Source: an uncultured Clostridia bacterium (GTDB lineage Bacteria; Bacillota; Clostridia; TANB77; CAG-508). From it: a stretch of 64,000 bases of DNA. The notes under the pieces were generated by a model, which was given only the letters and a program-made list of their open reading frames with translations, did no database searches and was not told where the DNA came from. The position numbers and the translations under genes were made by a program. Position 1 is the first letter of the stretch, and each line of letters starts with the position of its first letter. This document shows, piece after piece, positions 1-8,985 of this stretch. The DNA lies in NCBI GenBank assembly GCA_934120395.1, contig CAKOTZ010000002.1:33645-97644 (forward strand). Reading direction: 5' to 3'.

Positions 1-302
1 AGGAATTTCTTTAATACACTAATACTTGTAATACCATCTACATCATAGTCTCCATAAATAATTATCTTGCTCTTTTGACTTATAGCATCTATTATTCTAT
101 CTACAGCTAATTTCATATCCTGTAATAAAAATGGATCGTGAAAATCGTTTCTAGTAGGGTTTAAAAACAATTTTATTTCTTCTGTTTCTGTAATATGTCT
201 GTTAACAAGAACTTTTGCTACTAATTCAGATACCTTACACTCATCAACAATTTTTGCTACTTTTTCTTTATCTGGTGTATAATATTCCCATTTTTTATTC
301 AT
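1..302 (-). CDS. recJ: Single-stranded-DNA-specific exonuclease RecJ, N-terminal fragment (gene continues beyond window start)
   Basis: Reverse-strand translation from ATG at 300-302: MNKKWEYYTPDKEKVAKIVDECKVSELVAKVLVNRHITETEEIKLFLNPTRNDFHDPFLLQDMKLAVDRIIDAI...IIIYGDYDVDGITSISVL. This matches the DHH-family RecJ N-terminus. No stop codon before the window edge. Confidence 0.7.
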   Translation of the reverse strand, partial: MNKKWEYYTPDKEKVAKIVDECKVSELVAKVLVNRHITETEEIKLFLNPTRNDFHDPFLLQDMKLAVDRIIDAISQKSKIIIYGDYDVDGITSISVLKKF

Positions 303-430
303 TTATCTCTCCTGTGAACTTTTTATAGTTTATTTTATAACATTTTTTTATTTTTTAAAAGCCCTTTTGCTATTTTTTTAATAATTTGTATTTCAAAAGG
401 ACTAGCAAATGCTAGTCCTTTCCCCTTGAA

Positions 431-976
431 TTATTCCAAATACTTAAGCTGTAAACTTTTAGCCTGAATAATTAACTCTTCGTGTCTTAATTTAAGCTTT
501 TTCCATTCTAAACTGTCCCACTGCTTTTCATGTTTTTCAACTATCTCCCACTGTTCTTTATCCTCCTTAATATACTCGCTTAAGACCTTATCGTTAATCT
601 GCTCATAGTTCCGCTGATAGCGGTCAAGTACACTCTTTGAAGCAATAACCCTATTGGCATCAGAATGAAAATCTTTATGTACTAAATATTGTTGCATTTC
701 TCTTACATTTTTATCTGTTTCCTCCATAAAAAGTTTTAGTTCATAATTTTCATTTCTTTTCTGATAATGCTCTTCTGCACGCTGGCTTGATTCTGCTTTC
801 TGTGTTCTACTACTTTGGGTAGTTTGAATACTAGATCGCTTTTTTAGGTCAATCTGCCGATTAATATCAGAATCTATTAAAAGTGCCAGTAAAACTCCAA
901 TAACAAATCCTACCAAAAGTATAATAGCCATCTTTTTTAGAGTAATATCACTTACCCAGTCTATGATTTTCCTCAT
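431..976 (-). CDS. Hypothetical membrane-anchored coiled-coil protein
   Basis: 181-aa ORF. Single N-terminal TM helix (MAIILLVGFVIGVLLALLI), then a charged and heptad-rich region. No recognisable catalytic motif. Confidence 0.45.
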   Translation of the reverse strand: MRKIIDWVSDITLKKMAIILLVGFVIGVLLALLIDSDINRQIDLKKRSSIQTTQSSRTQKAESSQRAEEHYQKRNENYELKLFMEETDKNVREMQQYLVHKDFHSDANRVIASKSVLDRYQRNYEQINDKVLSEYIKEDKEQWEIVEKHEKQWDSLEWKKLKLRHEELIIQAKSLQLKYLE

Positions 977-1056
977 GTTGCTCTCCTCCTGTCATATTCA
1001 AGGACTTAAAATTTAATTCTAATGCTATTTTACCACCTTTGTCCGAATTTTGCAAA

Positions 1057-1755
1057 TTAAATTCCAATTTTAAAATATGCAACTATCATAAATATTATAA
1101 TTTTTACTAAAATATTAAAAATTAAATTGTAATTTACATATTGAACCCCTATTTTATTTAAAACATCATAGTTTCCAACTATTTCTTCGACTTCTTCTGG
1201 TTTAATTAATCTTTCTGTTCGCATATATGCTTTTGCTAAATATCTAGCCTTAACCATAGCATCTGTTTCTAAATAGCTTCTTACCATATAATAAACTAAT
1301 CCAAACAAGCAAAGCAAGAAAGCGTGAAGCCATATATTTTGTACTATCCCCAACAATACCAGTAATGTGATTACAGCAAAATATATTAGATATAAATTTG
1401 AGAATATAAAATGAAACCATAAATTTTTTTTATCCTGCATAGAATGAATACATTCATGCGCTATAGTTTGAATTCTTGTGTATTTATTTTTTAAATTTGC
1501 TATTGCTATCTTGTCCGTCATAACCAAATATAAGCAAAGATCAGTTTTATCGTCCTCTTCTATTTTTGTTGTTTTATTTCCAAGCATAGACAAAATTTTC
1601 TTACCAATTTCTATATTATCTGGAAATACATCCGTAAGTTTATTTAATTTTTCATTTTCAGATAATTGTTTTATTTTGTCTACGGATGTATGAAATAATA
1701 GTCGTAATGTTATTAACACTACGACCATAGTAATTATAGCAATTATTATTTGCAT
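1057..1755 (-). CDS. Putative membrane zinc metallopeptidase (HExxH motif)
   Basis: 232-aa ORF with several TM segments and an HECIH (HExxH) motif. Family not identified. Confidence 0.45.
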   Translation of the reverse strand: MQIIIAIITMVVVLITLRLLFHTSVDKIKQLSENEKLNKLTDVFPDNIEIGKKILSMLGNKTTKIEEDDKTDLCLYLVMTDKIAIANLKNKYTRIQTIAHECIHSMQDKKNLWFHFIFSNLYLIYFAVITLLVLLGIVQNIWLHAFLLCLFGLVYYMVRSYLETDAMVKARYLAKAYMRTERLIKPEEVEEIVGNYDVLNKIGVQYVNYNLIFNILVKIIIFMIVAYFKIGI

Positions 1756-1786
1756 ATATTTTACCTCTTTCTATCATTTTATAAAA

Positions 1787-2119
1787 TTATAAAACGTCTT
1801 TTACTGCATCTCCAATAATCTTGTTTATGTCTGCTAACATTACGTTAAATCTAACCTCGGTATCAAAAAACTTTTTAATATCCTTGTTTTCTAGTAAAAT
1901 CATATATAGTTCTTGTAATCTCTTCATTTTTTCTTCATTTTGCTTTTCACCCTGAATTTCAAGCACTTGAGTTTCGTATCTTATTTTTTCAAATTCCTCT
2001 ACCTTTTCCTTTAATTCTGGGTTTGCATATACCATGTCCTTCATTTCTTTATATTCAATATATTCTCTGCTCTGACGTATTTGTCTTGCTAATTCATGAG
2101 TTGTATCATATACAGTCAT
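1787..2119 (-). CDS. YlbF/YmcA-family regulatory protein
   Basis: 110-aa, helical and charged. Resembles the UPF0342 YlbF/YmcA family (ARQIRQSREYIEYKEMKDMVYANPELKEKVEEFEKIR...). Confidence 0.55.
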   Translation of the reverse strand: MTVYDTTHELARQIRQSREYIEYKEMKDMVYANPELKEKVEEFEKIRYETQVLEIQGEKQNEEKMKRLQELYMILLENKDIKKFFDTEVRFNVMLADINKIIGDAVKDVL

Positions 2120-2133
2120 TTTGCACCTCCAAT

Positions 2134-3426
2134 TTAAGCATAAGCTTGTCTTTTCTTAAATCCTAATAAACTTGTAATTTCTGCTTCTGTATTTTTAGCC
2201 TTTTTAGTTTTCTTTGCTTTTTCTTGAGCAATTTGTTTTGCTTGTCTTTCAGCCATTGTTTCACAAATTGCTTTTTGATATACAAAATGTGTATCTTGAG
2301 CAATTTTTGTCCAGTTAAATTCATTCTTCACCTTCAATTTTGCTTGTTTCACAACGCTATCGCATAATTGTGGATTATATAATAGTTCCAAAATAGAATC
2401 TGCAAGTGAATTTGGATTTCCAGCATAGCTTTTCATTCCATTTACTTTATGCTCTACTGTTTCATTTAAACCACCAACATCAGAAACAACTGTTGGAACT
2501 CCTGCAAGCATTGCTTCCAATGCAACAATTCCAAAAGGTTCGTATGTACTTGGAAATACTGCTACATCAGCAACTTTATACATTTTACAAACTTGCTTTG
2601 AGTCTAAGTATCCAGTAAAGTAAACCTTGTTCTCAATACCCAAATATTTAACTTGTGCCTTTAATTCATCAAGCATTCCACCTTTTCCAGCAATTATCAG
2701 TTTGCTATCATGGTATCTATCTAATATTTTCGGCATTGCAGATATTAGATGTTGAACTCCTTTTTCATATACAAGTCTGCCCATAAATAAAATTATTTTT
2801 TCATTATCTAGGGCATATTTTCTTCTAAACTCGTAATCCTTTTCTACATTATTGAATGTCGTTAAATTAACACCATTTGGTACTACATTAATTTTTTCGA
2901 ATGGTAAACCAAATAAACGTTGTAATTCATTCTTCATATAATTACTATTTACTAATACTTCAGATGCTTCATAAGTTAAAAGCCATTCTGTATCATTAAT
3001 ATATCTTTGTACTTCATCATGAATTCCTGAATTTCTTCCTGCTTCAGTTGCATGTATTGTTGCTACCAAAGGAATATTATATGAATTTTTTAATGTTTTA
3101 GCTGCATAAGCAACTAACCAATCATGTGCGTGAATGACATCAAAATTACCCTCTTTTGCAATTATCTCATTTGCCTTTGCAATTAAATTAAAATTCATTT
3201 GCATAATCCAATCAATAAAATTGTTTGGATTAATCATATAGTTATCTACACGGTGAATTTTTACTCCTTTATCATTTTCAAACTCAGGCATATTACCTTC
3301 TCTATATGTTATAACATGTACCTCATGACCATCTTTTATTAATCTCTTAGATAAATCATGAACAACCCTTGCTATTCCTCCCACAATTCTTGGTGGATAT
3401 TCCCATGTTAACATTAAAATTTTCAT
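2134..3426 (-). CDS. Family-4 glycosyltransferase (glycogen-synthase-like, alpha-glucan synthesis)
   Basis: GT4 signatures (MKILMLTWEYPPRIVGGIARVVHDLS...; C-terminal FPSTYEPFGIVALEAMLAGVPTVVSDVGGL). RBS GAAGGGAG 9 nt upstream of the ATG at 3426. The track ORF extends to 3465. Confidence 0.8.
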   Translation of the reverse strand: MKILMLTWEYPPRIVGGIARVVHDLSKRLIKDGHEVHVITYREGNMPEFENDKGVKIHRVDNYMINPNNFIDWIMQMNFNLIAKANEIIAKEGNFDVIHAHDWLVAYAAKTLKNSYNIPLVATIHATEAGRNSGIHDEVQRYINDTEWLLTYEASEVLVNSNYMKNELQRLFGLPFEKINVVPNGVNLTTFNNVEKDYEFRRKYALDNEKIILFMGRLVYEKGVQHLISAMPKILDRYHDSKLIIAGKGGMLDELKAQVKYLGIENKVYFTGYLDSKQVCKMYKVADVAVFPSTYEPFGIVALEAMLAGVPTVVSDVGGLNETVEHKVNGMKSYAGNPNSLADSILELLYNPQLCDSVVKQAKLKVKNEFNWTKIAQDTHFVYQKAICETMAERQAKQIAQEKAKKTKKAKNTEAEITSLLGFKKRQAYA

Positions 3427-3550
3427 TTTAGCATACTCCCTTCGACTTTCTTTCGTATCTAGCAACTTTTTTCGTTTTAATTAGCTTAATTTTATATTAT
3501 AATATGTAAAAAGTAAATATTATTTTATAATTTTTATAATTTGTAACAAT

Positions 3551-3582
3551 ATTACATTTATGTTACATTTTTGTTACATTTT
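3551..3582. promoter_or_regulatory. Triple direct repeat TTACATTT / TGTTACATTT in the divergent GT4 / DUF4912 promoter region
   Basis: Sequence ttacatttatgttacatttttgttacattt lies between the divergently transcribed glucan genes. Candidate transcription-factor binding sites. Confidence 0.3.
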
Positions 3583-3686
3583 ATACTTTTAAAATTCTAA
3601 ATAAATTCTATCTAATCTATTGAATTTAATCTTATTTTGATATAGTATAGTAATAATTAAAATGTATTTTACCAAGGAGGAAAATA

Positions 3687-4529
3687 ATGCCAGCCAAAAA
3701 AACAAACGATAAAAACGTAAAACCTACGAAGCAATCAGGCATAGATTCAAAAGTTACAAAATCTAAACCAAAAGCAAGCACTAAAACTTCAAAAAAGACT
3801 AATACAACTAAAAAAATGGCTTCTTCAACAAAAAGTAACAAAAGAACCATTTTTAAGTCTATTACCTTAAAAAATGTAACAAAAGTAAATAAAAAGGTTA
3901 AAAAAATCAACCCAAAAAGTCTATTACATGAAGACTTAACAAAAGATTTTAATTTATCTGAATACTATGATTTACCAGCAAAATACGAACAAACTGTCGT
4001 TAAGATATTGGCTCAAACGCCAGATACCCTTTTTATTTATTGGGATATATCTGAAAAAGATCGCCAACATTTAATTGATGTTTACGGTCCAGATGTTTTT
4101 TCATGCACAAAGCCTGTTTTAATTATAACAAATAAAACTATGAATTATAGCTTCGAAATGGATATAAATGACTTTGCTAATTGTTGGTATTTGCATGTTA
4201 ATGATGCAAAATGTGAATATAGTGTTGAATTAGGCAGACGACCTAACAATACTAATTTTCACTTAACTAACAACTATCTTTATATATCGTCATCAAATAA
4301 AATTGAAGCACCTAACGACCACGTTTTATTAGAAAAAGAGCAAAAAATGGTATACTTCAAAAATGTAAAAACAAATGTAGTTTCTTCTAAATCAGTTGCT
4401 AGACTTCATTTCTTGCAAAATTTAGGAAAATTCTACAATATTTATGACTTTTATAAAAATACCTACAAAGAAGAAAATTTAGATTCTGTAATGGACTTTA
4501 CAAAGAATACTTCATCTTTCTTCAAATAA
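3687..4529 (+). CDS. DUF4912-domain protein with a Lys/Thr-rich N-terminal low-complexity region
   Basis: RBS AAGGAGG. The C-terminal part (TLFIYWDISEKDRQHLIDVYG...) matches the DUF4912 family that typically sits beside GH57 genes. Confidence 0.7.
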   Translation: MPAKKTNDKNVKPTKQSGIDSKVTKSKPKASTKTSKKTNTTKKMASSTKSNKRTIFKSITLKNVTKVNKKVKKINPKSLLHEDLTKDFNLSEYYDLPAKYEQTVVKILAQTPDTLFIYWDISEKDRQHLIDVYGPDVFSCTKPVLIITNKTMNYSFEMDINDFANCWYLHVNDAKCEYSVELGRRPNNTNFHLTNNYLYISSSNKIEAPNDHVLLEKEQKMVYFKNVKTNVVSSKSVARLHFLQNLGKFYNIYDFYKNTYKEENLDSVMDFTKNTSSFFK

Positions 4530-4551
4530 ATTTATTACAAAGGAGAATCAC

Positions 4552-6141
4552 ATGAAAAATATTAAAGGCTATGTTAGTTTTGTTTTACATGCCCACTTAC
4601 CTTTTGTTTATCATCCAGAAAGCGAAGACTATTTAGAAGAACAATGGTTATTTGAAGCTATTTCTGAAACTTACATACCATTATTACTAAATTTCAAAAA
4701 ATTAGAGGAGGAAAATGTTGACTTCCGTATTACAATGTCGCTTACTCCCCCTCTTCTTTCTATGTTAGACAATAAGCTTTTACAACAAAGATATATAAAA
4801 TATCTTGAAACTCATATTGAGCTTTGTCAAAAGGAAGTTAAAAGAACTGCTTATGATGAACGTTTAAATCAATTATCTCATTATTACTTAGACCGTTATT
4901 CAAATGATTTACATGTTTTTCGCGATATTTATAATTGTAATTTAATTACAGGTTTTAAACATTTTCAAGATATAGGTGTTTTGGAGATAATTACCTGTGG
5001 CGCTACTCATGGATACTTCCCTATTTTATATGTAAATGAACATACGGTTCGAGCTCAAATTGCTGTTGGTGTTCAAACTTACGAAAAATATTTTGGAAGA
5101 AAACCTAGAGGTATATGGCTACCAGAATGTGGCTATGTTCCACAAGCTGACAAATATTTAAGAGAATTTGGTATTGAATATGTACTCACAGAATCACACG
5201 GTATTCTATATGCAGATCCTACCCCTCTTTATGGAACTTTTGCTCCTATTGTTTCTCCTGGTGGAGTTGTTGCATTCGGACGTGATATAGAATCTTCAAA
5301 ACAAGTTTGGAGCTCTATAATTGGTTATCCTGGTGATTTTAATTACCGCGAATATTATAGAGATATTGGATATGAAACAGACTATGACTATATTAAGCCT
5401 TATATAGCAAAAAATGGTGTTCGTGTTCATACAGGAATAAAATATTATAGAATTACTTCTAAAGGAGATTTTAAAGATTATTACAATTTGCAATGGGCAA
5501 AGGATACAGCTGAACGCCAAGCTGGCCACTTCTTTGACTCTCGTGTTAATCAAATTAACTACTTATCTGAACAAATGCATATTCCTCCTATTGTTGTATG
5601 TCCTTATGATGCTGAATTATATGGTCACTGGTGGTATGAAGGCCCATATTGGCTTTATACCCTATTTAAAAAAATATATTATGATGATTGTAATTTTAAA
5701 CTAATTACACCTGGTGAATATATTGACCAATATCCTGAAATTCAAGTGGCATCGCCTTGTATATCTAGTTGGGGTAAAAACGGATATAGCGAAGTATGGT
5801 TAAATGGAACTAACGATTATGTTCACAAACATCTTCATGTAGCCGGAGATAGAATGGTTGAGTTAGCTCATGAATTCTACAACGAAACTGACGAATTAAA
5901 ACTTCGTACTCTAAACCAATGTGCTAGAGAACTTTTACTTGCACAAAGTAGCGATTGGTTATTTATTATTACAAATGGAACTATGGTCGACTATGCTAAA
6001 AAACGTATTAAAGACCATATTGGTCGATTTACAAAATTATATAATCAACTAAAAGAAAATAATGTTGAGGAAGAGTTTTTAGAAATGCTTGAAGAAAAGG
6101 ATGCCATCTTCCCTGAAATTGATTATCATATTTATGCTTAA
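4552..6141 (+). CDS. GH57-family 1,4-alpha-glucan branching enzyme (DUF1957)
   Basis: 529 aa. N-terminus FVLHAHLPFVYHPE and ELYGHWWYEGPYWL are typical of GH57 branching enzymes. RBS AAAGGAG. Terminator hairpin follows at 6142-6172. Confidence 0.85.
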   Translation: MKNIKGYVSFVLHAHLPFVYHPESEDYLEEQWLFEAISETYIPLLLNFKKLEEENVDFRITMSLTPPLLSMLDNKLLQQRYIKYLETHIELCQKEVKRTAYDERLNQLSHYYLDRYSNDLHVFRDIYNCNLITGFKHFQDIGVLEIITCGATHGYFPILYVNEHTVRAQIAVGVQTYEKYFGRKPRGIWLPECGYVPQADKYLREFGIEYVLTESHGILYADPTPLYGTFAPIVSPGGVVAFGRDIESSKQVWSSIIGYPGDFNYREYYRDIGYETDYDYIKPYIAKNGVRVHTGIKYYRITSKGDFKDYYNLQWAKDTAERQAGHFFDSRVNQINYLSEQMHIPPIVVCPYDAELYGHWWYEGPYWLYTLFKKIYYDDCNFKLITPGEYIDQYPEIQVASPCISSWGKNGYSEVWLNGTNDYVHKHLHVAGDRMVELAHEFYNETDELKLRTLNQCARELLLAQSSDWLFIITNGTMVDYAKKRIKDHIGRFTKLYNQLKENNVEEEFLEMLEEKDAIFPEIDYHIYA

Positions 6142-6172
6142 AAAGTGGGTTTTACCACTTTTTTTGTTTTTT
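6142..6172 (+). terminator. Rho-independent terminator after the GH57 gene
   Basis: aaaagtgggttttaccacttttttt: a 7-bp stem followed by a T-run. Confidence 0.6.
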
Positions 6173-6275
6173 ACTATTATACAAGTTTCCTTTTTCCAAA
6201 AATTGAATAAAATAGGTATATCTAAAGGTATTTTAGTAGATAATATTTACATATTTATGGAAGGAGTCTTGTATC

Positions 6276-7136
6276 GTGTTAAAATCATTTTGTATAAAAA
6301 CCAATAATTCATCTATTATAGATTATCTATTAAGTACTTTCAAAAAGGATACACCAGAGAATTTTTATTTATCTAAAAATAGTTTTAAAATATATGACAA
6401 TGTTATTTTTCATTATGTTGGTAATTCTGAGGAATTATTTTACGATTATGTTTCTGAATGCTTAAAAAATGTAATTATTAGATTTTATGAACCCAAACTA
6501 TTTTCCAATTTAATTAATTATAATTATTTTTATTTTTCTGATTCTGAAAAGAAATTGATTTTAGATTCTTGTATTGATATTTTGTTAGAAGAGGATAATC
6601 ATAATGTGTTTGAAAGAAAAAAAGTTGCATTCTATCTTTGTAAAGAATATGTGAAAGAAAATAAAGCTGTTATTTTAGATGGATTAGTACATTTTCGCTT
6701 GAAGGAATATATTAATATTTTGGATTCTATTGTTGAATCTTGCGTTAATAGCTATATTATTGAAAAAGAATATATGGAGTTTGTTGATTTACTAAAATAT
6801 TACATTGATTCTAAATCCTCTTCTAATGAAATTTTACATTTAATTTACTTTAATCAAGAATCTATATTACTAGATAATGAAAAAAATGTGATACCTTTTG
6901 ACTCTGACATTTATAATGCCAAATATCTCTCTGATATCACATTTTCTTCAAATGATTATTGTTTAAATACCTTGCTTAACATTCTTCCAAATAAGTTATA
7001 TATACATTTATTAGATGAGGTTGAAGATGAATTTATTAATACCTTAAAATCTATTTTTGGGAAAAGGGCTATTGTTTGTATAGATTGTAAAATGTGCCAA
7101 TATTATAAAACTCAAAGACTTATCACCAAAAAATAA
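6276..7136 (+). CDS. Hypothetical protein, possibly YtxC-like sporulation protein; GTG start
   Basis: 286 aa, Cys-rich C-terminus (CIDCKMCQYY). RBS GGAAGGAG 9 nt before the GTG at 6276. Weak resemblance to the YtxC-like family. Confidence 0.4.
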   Translation: MLKSFCIKTNNSSIIDYLLSTFKKDTPENFYLSKNSFKIYDNVIFHYVGNSEELFYDYVSECLKNVIIRFYEPKLFSNLINYNYFYFSDSEKKLILDSCIDILLEEDNHNVFERKKVAFYLCKEYVKENKAVILDGLVHFRLKEYINILDSIVESCVNSYIIEKEYMEFVDLLKYYIDSKSSSNEILHLIYFNQESILLDNEKNVIPFDSDIYNAKYLSDITFSSNDYCLNTLLNILPNKLYIHLLDEVEDEFINTLKSIFGKRAIVCIDCKMCQYYKTQRLITKK

Positions 7137-7138
7137 AC

Positions 7139-7474
7139 CTAATTATTATCTAATCCGCCTCTAATATTATAAACGTTTTCGTAACCCATTTTTTTAAGTG
7201 TAGCTTCCGCCTTTTTGCTTCGTCCGCCGTATTGGCAATATACTATTATTAAGGTTCTTTTATCTGGTACTATGCTAAAAATTTTTGAGCCTAGTTCATA
7301 TAGTGGCAATGATATTGCGCCCTCAAGATGATATTCATTATATTCTTGAGGGCTTCTTACATCTATTAAAACTGCTGTTCTATCTTGGCTTAGTATGTGT
7401 CTTGCTTCTTGCAAGTTTATGTCGTTTGCACTTGTTCTATACATACGATATCTTATTTTGTCCAATATTTTCAT
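7139..7474 (-). CDS. Rhodanese-domain sulfurtransferase
   Basis: LIDVRSPQEYNEYHLEGAISLPL...VYCQYGGRSKKAEATLKKMGYENVYNIRGG. Active-site Cys in a CQYGGRS loop. Confidence 0.85.
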   Translation of the reverse strand: MKILDKIRYRMYRTSANDINLQEARHILSQDRTAVLIDVRSPQEYNEYHLEGAISLPLYELGSKIFSIVPDKRTLIIVYCQYGGRSKKAEATLKKMGYENVYNIRGGLDNN

Positions 7475-7602
7475 TGTGTGTCGCCTCCTTTTTAGGCATT
7501 AATGCCTAATATAGTATATGAAGGCGTGAGTATTTTGTCACAGTATGGTTTTATAATTAACTTGCAATATACTAAACTATTATTTCCCACATAAATAATT
7601 TT

Positions 7603-8508
7603 TTATAGTAATTTTGATTTTAGTAATATTACAACCGGTCGAACATAGTTTTTGTATGTCTTCCAGCCATTACTTCCTGGGTCAGCTCCGCTTGCAACAC
7701 TTCCTTTATACTCTTGTGCTATTAAAGCTGTAACACTGTTTCCACTTACTCCATATACCTTATTGCTCCCATAATTATCATTAAGCCAATATACAGCTCC
7801 AATATTTCTATAGCTTGCTGCAACTCCTTCTGCTTCTGCTTTTGTTAAAAGTCGTCCACTACCTCCTAAGTTGCTCCCAAATGAGCTTGCTTGACTTTTT
7901 GCGTCACCCCAATTTGCACTTCCTATAGTTGTTTTACATAGCAATGTTACATTAGTTCCATCATCTCCTATTACATAAAAATCATATCCTCCAACGCTTA
8001 CTGTTTCTCCATTTGAATACGTTGTTTTTTTGTTTACCTTTAATGTATACTCAACTGACTTCTCTTTATATTCTTTTGTTCCTGCACTTGTTACTTTTAT
8101 TATAACAGTTTCATCTACATTCTTTGGTGTTACTGTTATTTTATTTCCGCTTATAGTAGCTGTTGCAATATCTTCGTTTAATGTTTTTACGCTTAAATCT
8201 CCTCCACTTATATTTTTTATTACGTCAAATGTTATTGTATTCGGATAAGTACATTCTCCACTTGTTGCTGAAAGTTCTATTTCTCCTTCTTTTCTATTTA
8301 ATAAATCAAAGTATTCTTCTACTTTATTTAACAAATTTTGTTCATTTGTTGCCTTTTCTTGATATTTATCAACACTAGACTGTGCCTTGTTAATTAATCC
8401 ATTCTCTCCTAGCAACATTGACAAACTCACTCCTGCTAGAATTAGCAAAACAATAATTGTAATTATCAATGCTACCAATGTGATTGCTTTGTTACTTTTC
8501 AAGTTCAT
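7603..8508 (-). CDS. Pilin-like (class-III-signal-like N-terminus) surface protein, short paralog 1, with Ig-like domain
   Basis: N-terminus MNLKSNKAITLVALIITIIVLLILAGVSLSMLLGENGLINKAQSS resembles a prepilin leader plus hydrophobic helix. aa 1-235 are near-identical to the gene at 10770-11645; the last ~65 aa diverge. RBS AAAGGAAAGAGG. Confidence 0.8.
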   Translation of the reverse strand: MNLKSNKAITLVALIITIIVLLILAGVSLSMLLGENGLINKAQSSVDKYQEKATNEQNLLNKVEEYFDLLNRKEGEIELSATSGECTYPNTITFDVIKNISGGDLSVKTLNEDIATATISGNKITVTPKNVDETVIIKVTSAGTKEYKEKSVEYTLKVNKKTTYSNGETVSVGGYDFYVIGDDGTNVTLLCKTTIGSANWGDAKSQASSFGSNLGGSGRLLTKAEAEGVAASYRNIGAVYWLNDNYGSNKVYGVSGNSVTALIAQEYKGSVASGADPGSNGWKTYKNYVRPVVILLKSKLL

Positions 8509-8605
8509 TTTTATACCTCTTTCCTTTGTATTTATACATAAAATTATAATTTTAGTTTATCCGTATATAATCAATATTATGTAATTCTATGTTAATTAGT
8601 TAACC

Positions 8606-8637
8606 GTATTTTATACTATTATTTTGAACTTGTAAAG
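8606..8637 (-). promoter_or_regulatory. Sigma-A-type promoter of pilin-like paralog 1
   Basis: Minus strand: TTTACA, 17 nt, TAAAAT (extended TATAAAAT). Conserved in all four modules. Confidence 0.55.
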
Positions 8638-8644
8638 TAAAATT

Positions 8645-8680
8645 GAAAAAAACTTACCTTTACATGGTAAGTTTTTTGTT
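8645..8680. terminator. Bidirectional rho-independent terminator hairpin (module A)
   Basis: gaaaaaaacttacctttacatggtaagttttttg: acttacc/ggtaagt stem, flanked by an A-run and a T-run. Confidence 0.65.
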
Positions 8681-8985
8681 CTTCGCTTTCTTTTCCGCGA
8701 TTTATCACAAATATCATTTTTTCCATTCGGTTCTTCCCACTGGAGCTGTAACATTGCTCCCGCAATTAACAGCTCTCAGCGGTCCCCACGGAAAACCTCA
8801 TTTCAAAAATATATTTGTTCTTCTCGCTAATGAGATGCTAATTTTTAAGCATTAAAAATGCCTCTTACTAGCCGTAAGAAAAATATTTGCACTCTCACGG
8901 AACGGCTAAATTTTCATATATTTTTGTGTAGGCGGTAACACGTATGAAAAAAAGCATAAAAAAATCAAGCAATTTCGTATTAATG

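Larger units (their letters stand above)
8509..8985. repeat. Duplicated intergenic module A (minus-strand order: 3'-flank GC-rich element, terminator, promoter, 105-nt leader)
   Basis: Near-identical to 10228-10769 and 11646-12111, and partly to 13369-13556. Confidence 0.85.

Noticed and set aside
7475-7602. Palindrome ttaggcattaatgcctaa (7490-7507) as a terminator for pilin-like gene 1
   Set aside because: No U-tract follows on the minus strand. It is followed directly by the rhodanese RBS, so the genes are probably co-transcribed.
8643-8855. Plus-strand 70-aa ORF (and its 104-aa counterpart at 10362-10676) inside the repeated intergenic modules
   Set aside because: No RBS. Starts inside the terminator hairpin. 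Composition-driven open frame in the GC-rich element. Copies are not conserved at the protein level (indels shift the frame).
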